Assembly: GCA_965655095.1 (NCBI GenBank)
Contig: OZ296654.1
Location: forward strand, 87,172,001-87,236,000
DNA from: Haplodiscus bocki
Lineage: Eukaryota
DNA length: 64,000 nt
Direction: 5' to 3'
In this document: one piece after another, positions 1 to 11,838 of the stretch
How positions within the stretch are numbered: the stretch's first letter is position 1
Layout of the letters: every line of letters begins with the position of its first letter
Translations under genes and position numbers: made by a program
The notes under the pieces: generated by a model
The model's input: only the letters and a program-made list of their open reading frames with translations
What the model was told of the DNA's origin: nothing
Database searches by the model: none

Positions 1-3000
1 TTACGCTGAATTGCCTCTTAAATTCTCAAAAAAGCAACGTTTCACTGTTTCCCATGCTAGTCCGTGTGTATAAATCCCAAGTAAAAATCAAAGTTGCCTT
101 ACCACCTCTCGGATCTTCCAGAATCAACTTATTCAGCAATCATATCCAAATTCAGGTTATCCAGATTACTCATTTGATATGACAGACTTTGGATATTGTT
201 TACTTATCTTTCATCAATTGCTATTTTGATCGAGCGATCCTTTTTTACAGTTATTACCAGCGGCTCTATGAAAACATTTACTTTTACTCTGCCAATCTTT
301 TCATTTTGTCCTGCCTTCACGAGCTACTATACTCCTGTCCTGTTGAGTTATTCAGTTGCAAGGGGGCCTGTCCATCTTTTTGTTTCGAAGTTTTCACTTG
401 GAAATTGAACTCTTTTTTCTCTTCAAGAGAGATAATTTTTATCTCTCTCGTGCCGTGGAAATACATTCCTTAAGGAGTTTTTCAGTTTTTCTACCTCTTT
501 TGTTGAAAATTTCTCTTCGTTGACGCTAACGACGGAATCAAACGAAGTTATGTTCTCATTGATATTGTAACTACATTCTGCTAAACAATTAGCAAGAGTT
601 TTTTGCAGTTTCGATCTGTTCATCTTCGGGTCTCACTTAAGGAAATACTTACCGCACTATATCCAATCGTCTTCTTTTGAAGTTATTGTACTGTACCCCT
701 TTGATCAGTGGCCTGAACAACAATGATTGTACTTTGAATTTTTTACTATCCAAAATAAAAAAGTTCCTGCCTTCCAAAGATCGATACGGGTAACCCGAGT
801 ATCCGAGTATATTGCGAGTTTATGGCAAGATGTTGGAAATACATCTTGCAAAAGAACCTAAAAAATTCCAAGATCGAGGACAGGTGAACGAAATTACTTT
901 GAAGTTTCTTGTCAGACAAACAGAATAAGTGTTTTCTTCTTGTTTTCAATGTATCTGTAAAAAGCCACATTTTAACGTAGTTACAAAGCTCACTTCGGTA
1001 TTTCACCTTAAACAGTCAATCAAAGAAAAAAAAGATTTGTAATTGAAAACTCAAGCTAACAGATTCAATCTGAGATCTCTCATTTTCCCAAAAAATTTTC
1101 ATATTCCATCATATACGCTTTCTCTACATTCTGGACACAAAACGAGCAAACCGAAATTAGAAAAACGGAAAGCGATGAAACGCGCTGCCACAGAACGTCT
1201 ACAACAATTGAGGTCAACTAACCCCAGACATTACATAGAAATCACGAGAGAACGAAGTCAGAAGAAAAACCGGAAACGCAAACTTACAGATGCAGAGATT
1301 ATAGCCTGAATTAAAAGAACGTCTCTTGGTATTTTTATTTTGGTATTTCTCTAACGGTTGTCATTGCCAGGCAGCCCCGAAGTTTACCGGATCATTTTAG
1401 GTCTCAGTTCGTAAGTTTAGCCTAAGAGCGGTGATAAGTCAAAATTTCACAAAATAACATTCCTTGTCCTCCAAGAGCCCCACTCGAATCATCGAGCATC
1501 AAAATTGGAGGGACTCAATATTGTTAACGATTTCTCGTGGTCTCGTACTTGGCGTCGTGTCTGAAGGTTTCTTCTACATATTAACTTTGAATGGAGTCCA
1601 CAGAAAACTGCCGAGGACCTGTGTCCTGATAAAAATGCAAAATGGAGAATTCTGAATCTCAAGTTAAAAGATTGGAGCTGGGCTCCACAGAGTGTGTTTT
1701 CCCGGTGTTTTTAGGTTCGGGGGGGGGGGGGGGTTGAAACCCTAAGAAGTGCTTTCTGCCTGTTTCCTGATGTTTACCTACATGTGTTTTTACATTCTTC
1801 AGGTCTTCTATGGACAATCTTCCCCAAATTCTATATTTCTTGGAAAAAGTTTGTTCTATTTTCTCATTCCGAGTTTTCCGCAAAGGTTTTTTGCTTCAGC
1901 ATATTTCGTTATGCTGTATCGGTTCCAGCCATTCAGAGACGCAAAAGGACATACAAAACGCGAATTTTGCCAATCAGTCTGAATCGTTCCTCTTGAGCAT
2001 CCTCTTACCTTGAGTTGCAAGCCAGTAAATCTATAACCATCTAAGGACTTTTTGAACGGAGTTCTGAGGGCAACATGTTAGGAAATGCTCACATGCATCC
2101 CCTGTTTCCCTATTCTGGCAGAAGTTCTCACATATTTATAGGTCTCCAGTAGGTGCTTAACACCTTAGGCAGGTGATTCAATGTCGTCCTCTGGGACCTT
2201 GTTCTCGCTTTGACATCGTGCTGGTAAAATTTTGCGAGCTTGCAGTGAAGATAAAGGACCAAAAAAGATTGAACCAGGAGCGAAAACTGCAGAAAGGATC
2301 GAAAGCTCAAGACGACTGAAGAAGTGGATGAGTGAAGAGAGAATAGTAAACATTTGTCATAAGGCGTTCATCAACCCAACGAAATCTCTGTAGAGGCGTC
2401 CACTTAACGGAAAAAACACGAAAAAACTCTCGAAAATGACAGAAAATTGCAAAAAAAATTATCTTGGGTCTACTCCCAATTTTACATTTTTTTGCTTGCG
2501 GGACAGAGATTGCGACGTTGGGCAGTCTGTCATCCCCTGTAACCCGGTTTATTTAACCCTACTGTTGACTTGCAACTTGCGCTTGGCTTCTGGGAAAAGC
2601 CATTGTATGAGGGAGGACGAAATTTCCCTGCTACTGCTACGCGTTTTTTGGGAGATGAATGTCGTTGAAGAGAAGATCGAAGGAGGAAAGATTGAACCCT
2701 TCGCAACCTGAAGACAATTTTTGAGTGGACGAAGAAGCAACTTTCATAAAAATTTCAGCCTAGTGGAACAAACTTCGCTGAATAATTAACCTGAAACGAC
2801 AGATCTTAGCCAAATTAGGTGTCTTTGAGCCAAAATGCTTTATGCTACCCAAAACGTTTCTGAAACGCAATATATCATTTCTGAGCTCAGATATGACTTC
2901 AATGCAATTGCTCAAGCCCCCAGGCCCAAAATCAACCCAAATTGGATCCGAAATGGACATTTCTTTCATTAGGTTTGTGTGTTTAGATGAATGCATTTCC

Positions 3001-4719
3001 TCGAAAAACTGGAAACTCAGTAAGGTATGGTGAAATTTGTTTTGGCATTACATCCAACCCCATTTGAGTGAATGCGAGTGTGACAACAAATATAATATTG
3101 ATTAGTCATTTTTAGTCCCATTTGTGTTTGCTGAGAAATAGCTGTGAAGCACTGAAGACTACCAATATAGGTTATACCGCAGCAACAGTGTTCTTTGCGC
3201 GACCGAAATGCCTCCCAACTGCCAAAAACTTTTCTTTGAGCTAGGATTCAGTTTTTGGTCAATTTTGTGGCAAAAACAGCTTCATGTTAAGTGTGAAAAT
3301 TTCAGATCCCAATCTCTGAATGGATGTTCACGTAATGGAAACCATCTAGGAAAGCTGTTTCAATAGGATGCGAGTCTAAAACTGTTTGCGACCATCAAAT
3401 GAATCGCGAATCCATTGAAACAATCTACCAGCCAAACGTTCACTTTGACATACCCCACTGTGGCCGACTTCATGACACATGCGAGCACAATTGCTCAGTA
3501 GTTTTAAGCCTTAAGACACACAATCAAAGCAATGCCTTTTTTTCTACGAACCTCGCATACTGTTTTTACCCAATAAAAGCGTCAGAAAAAAACTGTTGCG
3601 AAGTGCAAGCTCACATGATCGACTCGAATTATCCTTCCGGAGCGATGTAAAATAAACAAAGAGTAAAATTTTTCCAATTGCATTCCTGACCTCAGTAAAT
3701 TCAAACTAACGCAATGTACTGTAGAAATTTTGAAGAAAAGTTATCAGCCCTTTTACATCGTTGAAAGTGGCGGTACGCGTCCAAATCAATGAAAAAAACT
3801 GTCAAAACCGGCCAGTTTTTGACTCATAGAGCACCAAAAAGAAGTCAAAAAGTCAAAAAAAACTTTACTTCCTGATAAAACTTGGTTTCCAGTTGCCCAC
3901 TTCTAAGAAAGTACTCGATTCAATTTTACTGACGAGCTGGCCAATAGAAGTTTTTTGCGTTTGTTTACTTTAAGCTTTCTGTCGACCGGAAAAACCGTTT
4001 TTTGGAGCAAGTTTCATGAAAGCACCAACGAATTCCTAATGTCGTAACATCTGATTTACTGTTTGTTAGGTCACCCGCTCTTTGGAAAATACCCCGAGCA
4101 AATTTGGGTGGTGATGACGGCTAATAATTTCTAAGCACTCAGAAATTGACGAAGAACAGACCATTTTTTCAGGGAAAAAAAGATATAACTTGTCAAGTTT
4201 TTATTGCGCAAAGCCCGTCCAATCTGCTTTATCACTTGCAGGACTAGCTGTAAGCCTAGATTGCGTTTTTCACGCAAAAAACCGGAATTAATTCCAGAAT
4301 CCCCACGTCTTTGATACAGAAAGCACCACTTTTTGGCCTTCTGCATAAATTTGTTTCAAACTTGCCAAGCTTCAGTGCCACTTTTCATAAATCTCGCCCA
4401 GCTAACAAAACGCAGACACTGGAGTGAAGACCGAAGGAGGCATTCAACACAAATTAAATTTTCGGAAATGTACTCAAAGAGAAATGAAAAACCAAACCAG
4501 TTGAAATTTATTTTCAAAAAATGCCGCCAGCTAATCCCAATCGCCGGGGTCGAAATCAAATTTCCTTTTCTAGCATGTTGGCGTATGGCATCCTGCAAAG
4601 TTCGAATTTTGAGACGTGACCAAAATAACACACACACAATGCATAGCTGAGAAACAGTCGCGCTCGTTTACTTCACGATTACGTACTTTGACCGTTTTTA
4701 AAGACATTGCTAGACAAAA

Positions 4720-5520
4720 ATGGCTAACTATGACTTCCAAAAAGCATTAAATTTGATCGAAAATTCCAATTTAAAGGCAATTATGCAGCATTTACTTAAA
4801 AAATTAGAGGAGAAGGACGATCAAATTCGGTTATTAACTAACCGTGTGGTGGATTTGGAGCAGAGGGTGAATGAATGTGAGAAGTATTCTTCGAAAGATA
4901 GTATCATTTTTGACAATTTACCTCTGCGAAATGATAATACTCCTCTGTCTCACCAGGTATGTGACTTTCTTCAAAAATATTTGAACTTCATCACGCACCC
5001 ACAAAATTTCAAAGCGTGCCATGTGTTGGGAAAGTGGAAGGACACAAATTCACCACCAGGAGTAATAAAAAAGTTTTTGTACTACGGTGAAAAAAATGAA
5101 ATATTCGGTCGCAAATCTTGGTTGGCTGGGATCAGAAACCCTCTCAATGGGCGTCCAATATTCATGAAAGAACGGCTCCTCCCTCTGCAGCGAGAAATTA
5201 AAAAGGAAGCTGACCAACTTGGATTAATAACAACTACTATGAACTGTGATGTTAAAGTTTTCAAAAAGTCAGATGACAATAAATTCATGCCCATTGTTGT
5301 GAATTCTTTGAAAGCTGTGCACGACATCAAAAACACTGCTGTTAAACGAGCTAACCGTGGAACAAAGGACAAACCGCCAGTCAACCACACTCCCTTGCTT
5401 ACATGTGGTACTTCAAAGCGTCCTCGCTGCTCCCCTGGTGATGGGAATATTGAAAAATTTGCATGCTTCGAGAGTTCTACGAAAGCCAAAACGGATATCC
5501 ATAATTGCCGTCAAACTTAA
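4720..5520 (+). CDS. LINE A ORF1 (coiled coil + RRM/CTD-type RNA chaperone), 266 aa
   Basis: N-terminal heptad coiled coil (LLKKLEEKDDQIRLLTNRVVDLEQRVNECEKYSSKDSIIFDNLP), then CHVLG, PGVIKKF and IFMKERL motifs typical of LINE ORF1. Lies directly upstream of ORF2. Confidence 0.85.
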   Translation: MANYDFQKALNLIENSNLKAIMQHLLKKLEEKDDQIRLLTNRVVDLEQRVNECEKYSSKDSIIFDNLPLRNDNTPLSHQVCDFLQKYLNFITHPQNFKACHVLGKWKDTNSPPGVIKKFLYYGEKNEIFGRKSWLAGIRNPLNGRPIFMKERLLPLQREIKKEADQLGLITTTMNCDVKVFKKSDDNKFMPIVVNSLKAVHDIKNTAVKRANRGTKDKPPVNHTPLLTCGTSKRPRCSPGDGNIEKFACFESSTKAKTDIHNCRQT

Positions 5521-5657
5521 GATAAAGATTTTGATTTAAGCTATAAGTGAACGTAAACACGCTAATTTTATTTTACCAAAACTCTAACAAGTTTGACTGC
5601 AATCGGTATTACATCCAATTAACCAATCAAACTAAACTTAAACACATTTATTTTCAA

Positions 5658-8500
5658 ATGTTTGGAAACCTAAAACATTGTTTTGATCCGATACTCAACA
5701 AAGACACCCTTTTTTTGAACGATATTAGGTCCTTAAAAAAAATTTCGACCAACTGGTATATTTATTAGATAGTCTGCCTGAAAAACCAAAAATAGTCTGC
5801 TTATGCGAAACATGGCTGAAGGACGAAGACGAACTTGGCATGTATTGTATTGATGGGTATGAGGTGCCAATAGTTAAAAACCGAAACGGGAAAAGAGGAG
5901 GCGGTCTTGCAATCTATATTCAAAGTAATATTCGTGTCAGTGTGTCAACTAGTTCAGCAGAAATTGAAAATATCGTAGTAAAATTGGAGAGTAAGAATGA
6001 ATCTTTGATTGTTGCCCTGGTTTACCGCCTACCTCATCAGCAAGTAAAAAAATTCTTGACTGAATTTGAGAAATTGTTAGATGAAAATCTTCTGAGAAAA
6101 CATAATGTGATGATCTGTGGTGATTTCAACATTGATTCAACATCTAGTTCAAATAGTTATAGTGAATACCAAGAGTTGTTAACATCGTTCGGTTTGTCCC
6201 AAGTGAATGTGTTTCCAACAAGGGTAACAGAAGCTTCCAAAAAATGCATTGATCATATCCACACAAATTCTTCAACTAATCTAAAAAACGTAACATTGGA
6301 AATAGGAATTAGTGATCACTACCCTGTATTGACTGAGCTTCCTGGAAAATGGTTATCCGCTAAAAATAATAACGACGTTTTTCAATACAGAAACCTGAAA
6401 GTCTTTGAAAATGACGAAATTGCTACCAAGTTTCTATTTCGATTATCTCACGAGCTCGGAAAACTTAATCCAATCGACTTGGAAGATGAAATAAGATTAC
6501 TAACCGCAACCATTCTAAATTGTCTGGATAGATTCTCGCCCCTAAAAATCAGAACAAAAAATTCTCCCAGGCAGTCTTGGGTGAATAAAAATGTCCTCAA
6601 AGCGATCGGAAACAGAGAAAAAGCTCGACTAAAAAGCATTAAAAGCCCATCAGAAACTAACCAAAGAAAATATCAACATCTTCGAAATCTTGCCACGGTC
6701 GAAATTAGAAAAGCTAAATTCGAATTTTATGATAAACTATTAGGACGTAATCCTACAACAAAAACCCTGTATGACGTATACAATCGTATACGTCACGGTG
6801 GAAAAAATAGTACTAAAGATGATCAAAATCTACAACCTAATGCATTAAACAATTTTTTTACTAGCATTGGCCAGAAACTTGCAGAAAGTATTGACGGAAA
6901 TGGTTTGCTAAAATACCGTGGCAAAAGAACATTAGAAACGTTCGTCCTTCAGCCAACTACAACCAACGAAGTAATGAAAGTGATTAGGCAAATATCCAAT
7001 AAATCTTCCACTGCAGAAGATCAGCTGAGCAACAACGTTATTAAATTGTGTGGTCCCGTAATCTCACCGTATCTTTCCCGAATCTACAACAAATGTATTA
7101 CAAAAGAAACCTTCCCGAAGGCTTGGAAAGTTTCCAGAATTTTTCCTATTTTCAAGTCAGGAGAAAGATCCTTACCCCAAAACTACCGCCCGATTAGTTT
7201 ACTCAGCGCAATGAGCAAAATTTTGGAAAAAATTTTACATTCTAGAATGATTAAATTTGTGGAAAAACATAAACTTTTGAGTTCCAATCAGTTCGGCTTC
7301 CGTCCCAAACAGAGTTGTGTGAATGCAATATCTGAACTTACTGAAGCGATAAGAACTTCCGTTGACAAAAAAGAGTCAAGCTGTTTGTGCCTTCTTGATC
7401 TGCAGAAAGCATTCGACACTGTTGATCATACAATTCTGTTACATAAGCTCGCCATGATTGGGTTTAGGGGCAAAGTACTCAATTTTATTTCAAGCTACTT
7501 AGAAAATCGTCAACAATATGTTTCCTACAACAACAAGAGATCAAATTTAAAAACAATTGAGTATGGAGTTCCACAAGGCTCTGTACTTGGACCTTTATTA
7601 TTCCTACTTTATATCAATGATCTTCCATCTGCCCTTCAAGATTGTAACATGGTTCTTTATGCGGACGATACAAGTATCTTTTGTTCTGGGAAACAATGTG
7701 CTGAGAAAATGCAAAACTCACTGGACCAGGCTAGCACTTGGTTCAGGGAAAATAAATTGACAGTTAATCAACAAAAAAGTGAAATTTTAACGTTTGGAAA
7801 AATAAATAGCCTCTCACTGCGGTCTTATGACTTCAAAAACTCTGAAACCTGTAAATACTTAGGAATAATCATCGATAAGAAACTTACATTTGTGGACCAT
7901 ATTAAAAAAGTACGACTGAAATTATCGCAATTTTGCGGAATAGTTTTTAAGGTAAGACATTACTTTTCACGTAAACAATTAATAATGCTATACCACTCTT
8001 TTGCAGTTTCCGTAATACAATATGGTGTATTAATTTATGGTTGTACCTATAAATCTCATCTGAATGAGATATTAAAACTTCAACGTAGAATCATTCGAGC
8101 AATATTTTATCTAAGGAAAACTCACTCATTAGAGCATATTATACAAGTTAACAAACTTTTCACTGTATTTGAACTTCATGTGCGAGAAGTGTTTCGAGAA
8201 GTTTTTACGAACTTAAGACAAGGAACATTTTGGACAAAATACAATTTCACTTCAGATAGCAGTCAAAAACAAACTCGATCTGTAACAAAAGGAAAATTGA
8301 AGATGATATCTTCTCGAAGTAATGTTCGTAAACATTCCATAGCTAATAAAGTAGTCAAAGCATATAATATCCTTCAAGAATGCGACTTAGACGTTACAAA
8401 ATATCGTGATTTATCTGAAGGGGCCTTTAGAGTTTTTTTCAAGAAATTTTTCGAAAATTATATAGTCGGTGCATCCGATTTCATTGATATGTTTTTTTAA
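5658..8500 (+). CDS. LINE A ORF2: apurinic endonuclease + reverse transcriptase (one frameshift in the A8 run near 5735)
   Basis: APE motifs CLCETWL, GGGLAIY, ICGDFNID, CIDHI and ISDHYPV. RT motifs NYRPISLL, QFGFR, DLQKAFDTVDH, GVPQGSVLGPLLFLLYINDL, YADD and KYLG. The 886-aa open frame 5840-8500 extends upstream to about 5740. Confidence 0.95.
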
Positions 8501-9479
8501 AAAGTTGGGTTTCGGATCCTATATGAATTCTAATAATATCACACTTAGGTTTCCAAGGGGGGCCACTCGACGAGAATTTATTCTCTTTGGTCCTCCATGT
8601 TGTTGACTAATTTACCAATAATTTGTAAACTAAATAGTGTTCCTGTAACAAAGTCATCAACTAAACTAAATTCAATTCAATTCAACGCGCCAATCGTGTT
8701 CTCACCGCCAAACGTACAAAAAAACCAGGAATCTAACAGCTCAACTTAGAGTGCATGAACAAGCGTTCAAGCCGCCAAACTTGTCCGGACAACATAATGC
8801 CAGGACGGAGCCAATCAGTGGAGCCAGATGATCATTCAGTGCAAATACGGTAAGCCCATAATGACACAACACTATATGAGAAAACAAGAGCTGGCCATTA
8901 ACACTGAGGTTCACATGCCATGTGGTCCTAATTTCTTTGAAAACGCTCAACAAAATGCTTCTTTTGCATCGCCAAAAGTCTATAGCATAATAAAGTGGTC
9001 TCAGCACCAACCTGTTGCAGCAAGTTAACTGTGGACAATGAAAGGTATCAGACGAAATAACCTTGTTGTAGGAAATGTGTAAAAAACAGAAGAGCTGAGT
9101 TACCTAGAACAAGTTGAAGCTTTTCGCGGAACAACAGCATCCAACAACTGCGAACAAAGCCAAGCTGCGAAGGGTCAGACTCTGCTAAGGGCGACGATAT
9201 ATCACATGCAAGACGCATCTAGCAACCTGGATGTCAATGTGGCAATTTTACAAACATCGGCTATCACGGTCAGTTACTAGCTCAATGAAATCCTAAATGG
9301 ATTTAAGTACCTTCAGAAAAACAAACTCGTAAAGCAACTACCCCCAGCCGCCAGACAGCACAAGAATCCAAGTCCCATAGAACCAGAACCAAGCGAAAAT
9401 GAGGGCATGTGGTTCGTAAAAAAAAGACTCAATTTAGTATCGAAACCAGCCCCGATGTCAAAGTTTACGGCACGATGTC

Positions 9480-10187
9480 ACAAAGGTGACGAATAATACG
9501 CTGTGTAAAATCTTCAAAACTAACTAAGACCTTATGGATCACAGAAAAAACTTAAATGTCGGACGCACAACTTTCTAAGGAACTGGAAGAAGAAACGTGG
9601 ATTGATACGTTACATCAAAAACAGTGTCTCCCAATTTTATTTTCTCAACAAAGTGTGACTCGTTATTAACTACCTGGAAGGCGAAGCATGTGAGTTCATC
9701 TTCAACAAAAGGAATTTGAAACGGATAGATCATGACAAAGTTTCTCAGTTGTTGGGAAGACTAACTGGCATCGGCACCAGCATAATACAATTGCACAGGT
9801 CAAATCCTACAGGTGCAAAAATCCAAGAGAGTCAGTGATTCAGTGATGGAAAAAACTCTTTAGAAAAAGGTACTGGTTATCCATAAAAATGGCTATAGAT
9901 TCACCACTATAAAATGTTGCAAAGAATGATAGCTAGAGTCAGGAACCATATCCTGAAGAGGAACCTACCCACCAAGCACGCAGACGAAATTTAAGTAAAA
10001 TTTCTGCTAACTGTAGGAGTGCTGCAAAATGTTGCAATGGAGTTTGTCAGGGAGGCATACAAAAATTGAGAGAAAGTAATGCTGATAGTAGTTTCTGTCT
10101 ACTGGCCTCCTCCAACTCTGAGAGCGCCCACATCTGCAGCACCTGCAGCCCAAACTGGAGTAACCGAAACCTCATAAAGACGTTGAT
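9480..10187 (+). pseudogene. Decayed gag-like remnant of an LTR retrotransposon (host of LINE B)
   Basis: Residual YLEGEACEFIFNK motif near 9671. The reading frame continues across the LINE B TSD (KPHKDVD-QQ-EDYAVK). Many stop codons. Confidence 0.3.
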
Positions 10188-10250
10188 CAGCAAATATTAA
10201 ATAGTTTCAGTTTTTTGAATGAATTCTGGGGTAGCCGTGGTTGCTCCCAA

Positions 10251-10838
10251 ATGGTAGTGTTTATTGGAGCCAGCAGTCTGAGCCATTCAATTGATCGCTA
10301 TCCAAACATCAAACGAAGACTGGGCAGACGAATCAAAGCAACTCCTGGATTGAGCTTCAACCCTCAAGCCGATCGTGAAAAGCAGGTTCGTCACATTCTT
10401 CGATTAGTCCCCAGAGGTGAAGGTATCATTCTGTGGCACGACGTGCTCAACAACTCTATTACCAGTCATCCTCAAATCAAACGTACCCCCCTTACTCCCG
10501 AGCAACTGGTCGAGAAGGTCAGTTCAGTTCCAAATCTTATCGGCATTGTGTATATCCAACGCGAGGTGAGCAAAAATCCACTTGTTCTTGCACCAAACGC
10601 ATACAGAGAATTGAAGTCCACCGGCATCCCAACGCTGGACGTTATCAGAAACACATTGACCAAGAAGAAACAGAAGAGCGATCTTCCCAACCAGTACCGT
10701 AAGCTTCATATCAAACCCTTCCTAGAGATTCATCTACTGCAGACTATTCTTAACTTTGGTTGCGATTTACAAAAACTGATAAACCGACATACCAGACCAT
10801 CAAAGAAGTCACGAACTAAAGCAATAAAATCGGCCTAG
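10251..10838 (+). CDS. LINE B ORF0, SGNH/GDSL-hydrolase-like (esterase-like) protein
   Basis: VVFIGASS resembles block I (GDS-like), PGLS block II, IILWHDVLNNS block III, and KLHIKP the block V His. Basic C-terminus. First ATG at 10251. Confidence 0.6.
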   Translation: MVVFIGASSLSHSIDRYPNIKRRLGRRIKATPGLSFNPQADREKQVRHILRLVPRGEGIILWHDVLNNSITSHPQIKRTPLTPEQLVEKVSSVPNLIGIVYIQREVSKNPLVLAPNAYRELKSTGIPTLDVIRNTLTKKKQKSDLPNQYRKLHIKPFLEIHLLQTILNFGCDLQKLINRHTRPSKKSRTKAIKSA

Positions 10839-10926
10839 TCTAGCTTGTGAGTTTTTCGCTGCAAACCATTTTTGAATTCACTTTGATCTGACAGGCTCCG
10901 TTTGAATACGGGCTTCGAGAATTAGA

Positions 10927-11838
10927 GTGGTTTTCAGAAACTTGCAGAGTGGTCCCTGCAAGACTTGTAAACGAACCATCAATGCTAATGAAAAATCTTA
11001 CAAATGCGTCGCTTGCGGTTGCCAAATGCATCTAGACCCGACATGTACTGGTCTAAGCACGGTCGCCATAAACGGAATAAAAGAACTCGGCCAACTAGCA
11101 ATGCTTCTTTGCAATACTTGTGTCGAAAACAACGAGAGAGACAATTTCATCCGCAATAGATGTGATTTGAAGATTGAAGAAAAACTTGAGAAGCTTGATA
11201 TAAACGAGAAACTGAACAAGATTGAAAACAACCTAGCTAAGTTAGTAGACCGAAAGGTACAAGAAGCCATCACGCGAACTTGTCAAAAAGTCGAAGAAAA
11301 CTATGCCACTATCGCAGCCAAAAACGCAACAAAAGCAGCTATTCCTCCTGGAACAGAAACAAAAGCTAGTGTCATCGAAAACACGCACAACATTGAAAGA
11401 AGTTTTAGAATACAAGGGATCAGCGAAGATCCGGAAAAATCACGAAACGAAAATCTCATCCCAACAAACGAGAAAGTAAATGAAGTGCTGAAGTGCCTAG
11501 GCGTCAACCCCCAAGTATTTGAAATGAAACGGTTAGGAAAATTCAACAAGGATAGAACCAAACCCCGCACCCTGCTCGTAACACTCGCCACATCTCACGA
11601 GGTACGATTGGTGTTAGCCAAAAGTGTGGAAAGACGAAATGAGCTAAAATCACAAAATGTTTTCATCTCACAAGCCTTATCAAAAGATGAAGCTATTAAA
11701 GAGAGTCTATGTCTGAAAAAACGAAGAGAACTTCTAGAAGAAGGTGTACCGAGAGAAAAGCTCAAAATACGCAATTTTGAGCTCTTCAGTAACGAAGTGA
11801 AGGTTGAACTGGAGACGGGAGCGCCCGCTACCAGATGA
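10927..11838 (+). CDS. LINE B ORF1: PHD finger + coiled coil + RRM/CTD-like domain
   Basis: PHD pattern CKTC...CVACGCQMH...C...CNTC, a coiled coil, then RSFRIQGISE, RLGKFNKDRTKPRTLLVTL and VFISQALSK. No in-frame ATG before the PHD finger. Confidence 0.85.
   Translation: MVFRNLQSGPCKTCKRTINANEKSYKCVACGCQMHLDPTCTGLSTVAINGIKELGQLAMLLCNTCVENNERDNFIRNRCDLKIEEKLEKLDINEKLNKIENNLAKLVDRKVQEAITRTCQKVEENYATIAAKNATKAAIPPGTETKASVIENTHNIERSFRIQGISEDPEKSRNENLIPTNEKVNEVLKCLGVNPQVFEMKRLGKFNKDRTKPRTLLVTLATSHEVRLVLAKSVERRNELKSQNVFISQALSKDEAIKESLCLKKRRELLEEGVPREKLKIRNFELFSNEVKVELETGAPATR

Larger units (their letters stand above)
4620..8685 (+). mobile_element. Near full-length CR1/L2-group non-LTR retrotransposon (LINE A)
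   Basis: ORF1 followed by APE-RT ORF2, a short 3' UTR with a stem-loop, and an (AACTA)2(ATTCA)3-like tail ending at 8685. The 5' boundary is approximate and no clear TSD was found. Confidence 0.9.

Noticed and set aside
4442-4448. ATTCAAC as the 5' TSD of LINE A
   Set aside because: It matches the tail/flank junction at 8680-8686, but it is short and tail-like, and could not be distinguished from chance.
1-4600. Short ORFs in the first 4.6 kb (likewise 23-33 kb and 61-64 kb)
   Set aside because: Short, overlapping, mostly non-ATG frames with no recognisable motifs. Probably intergenic DNA or unrecognisably decayed repeats.
5730-5745. Programmed -1 frameshift in LINE A ORF2
   Set aside because: It falls inside the endonuclease domain at a homopolymer. 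Mutation or sequencing error is simpler.
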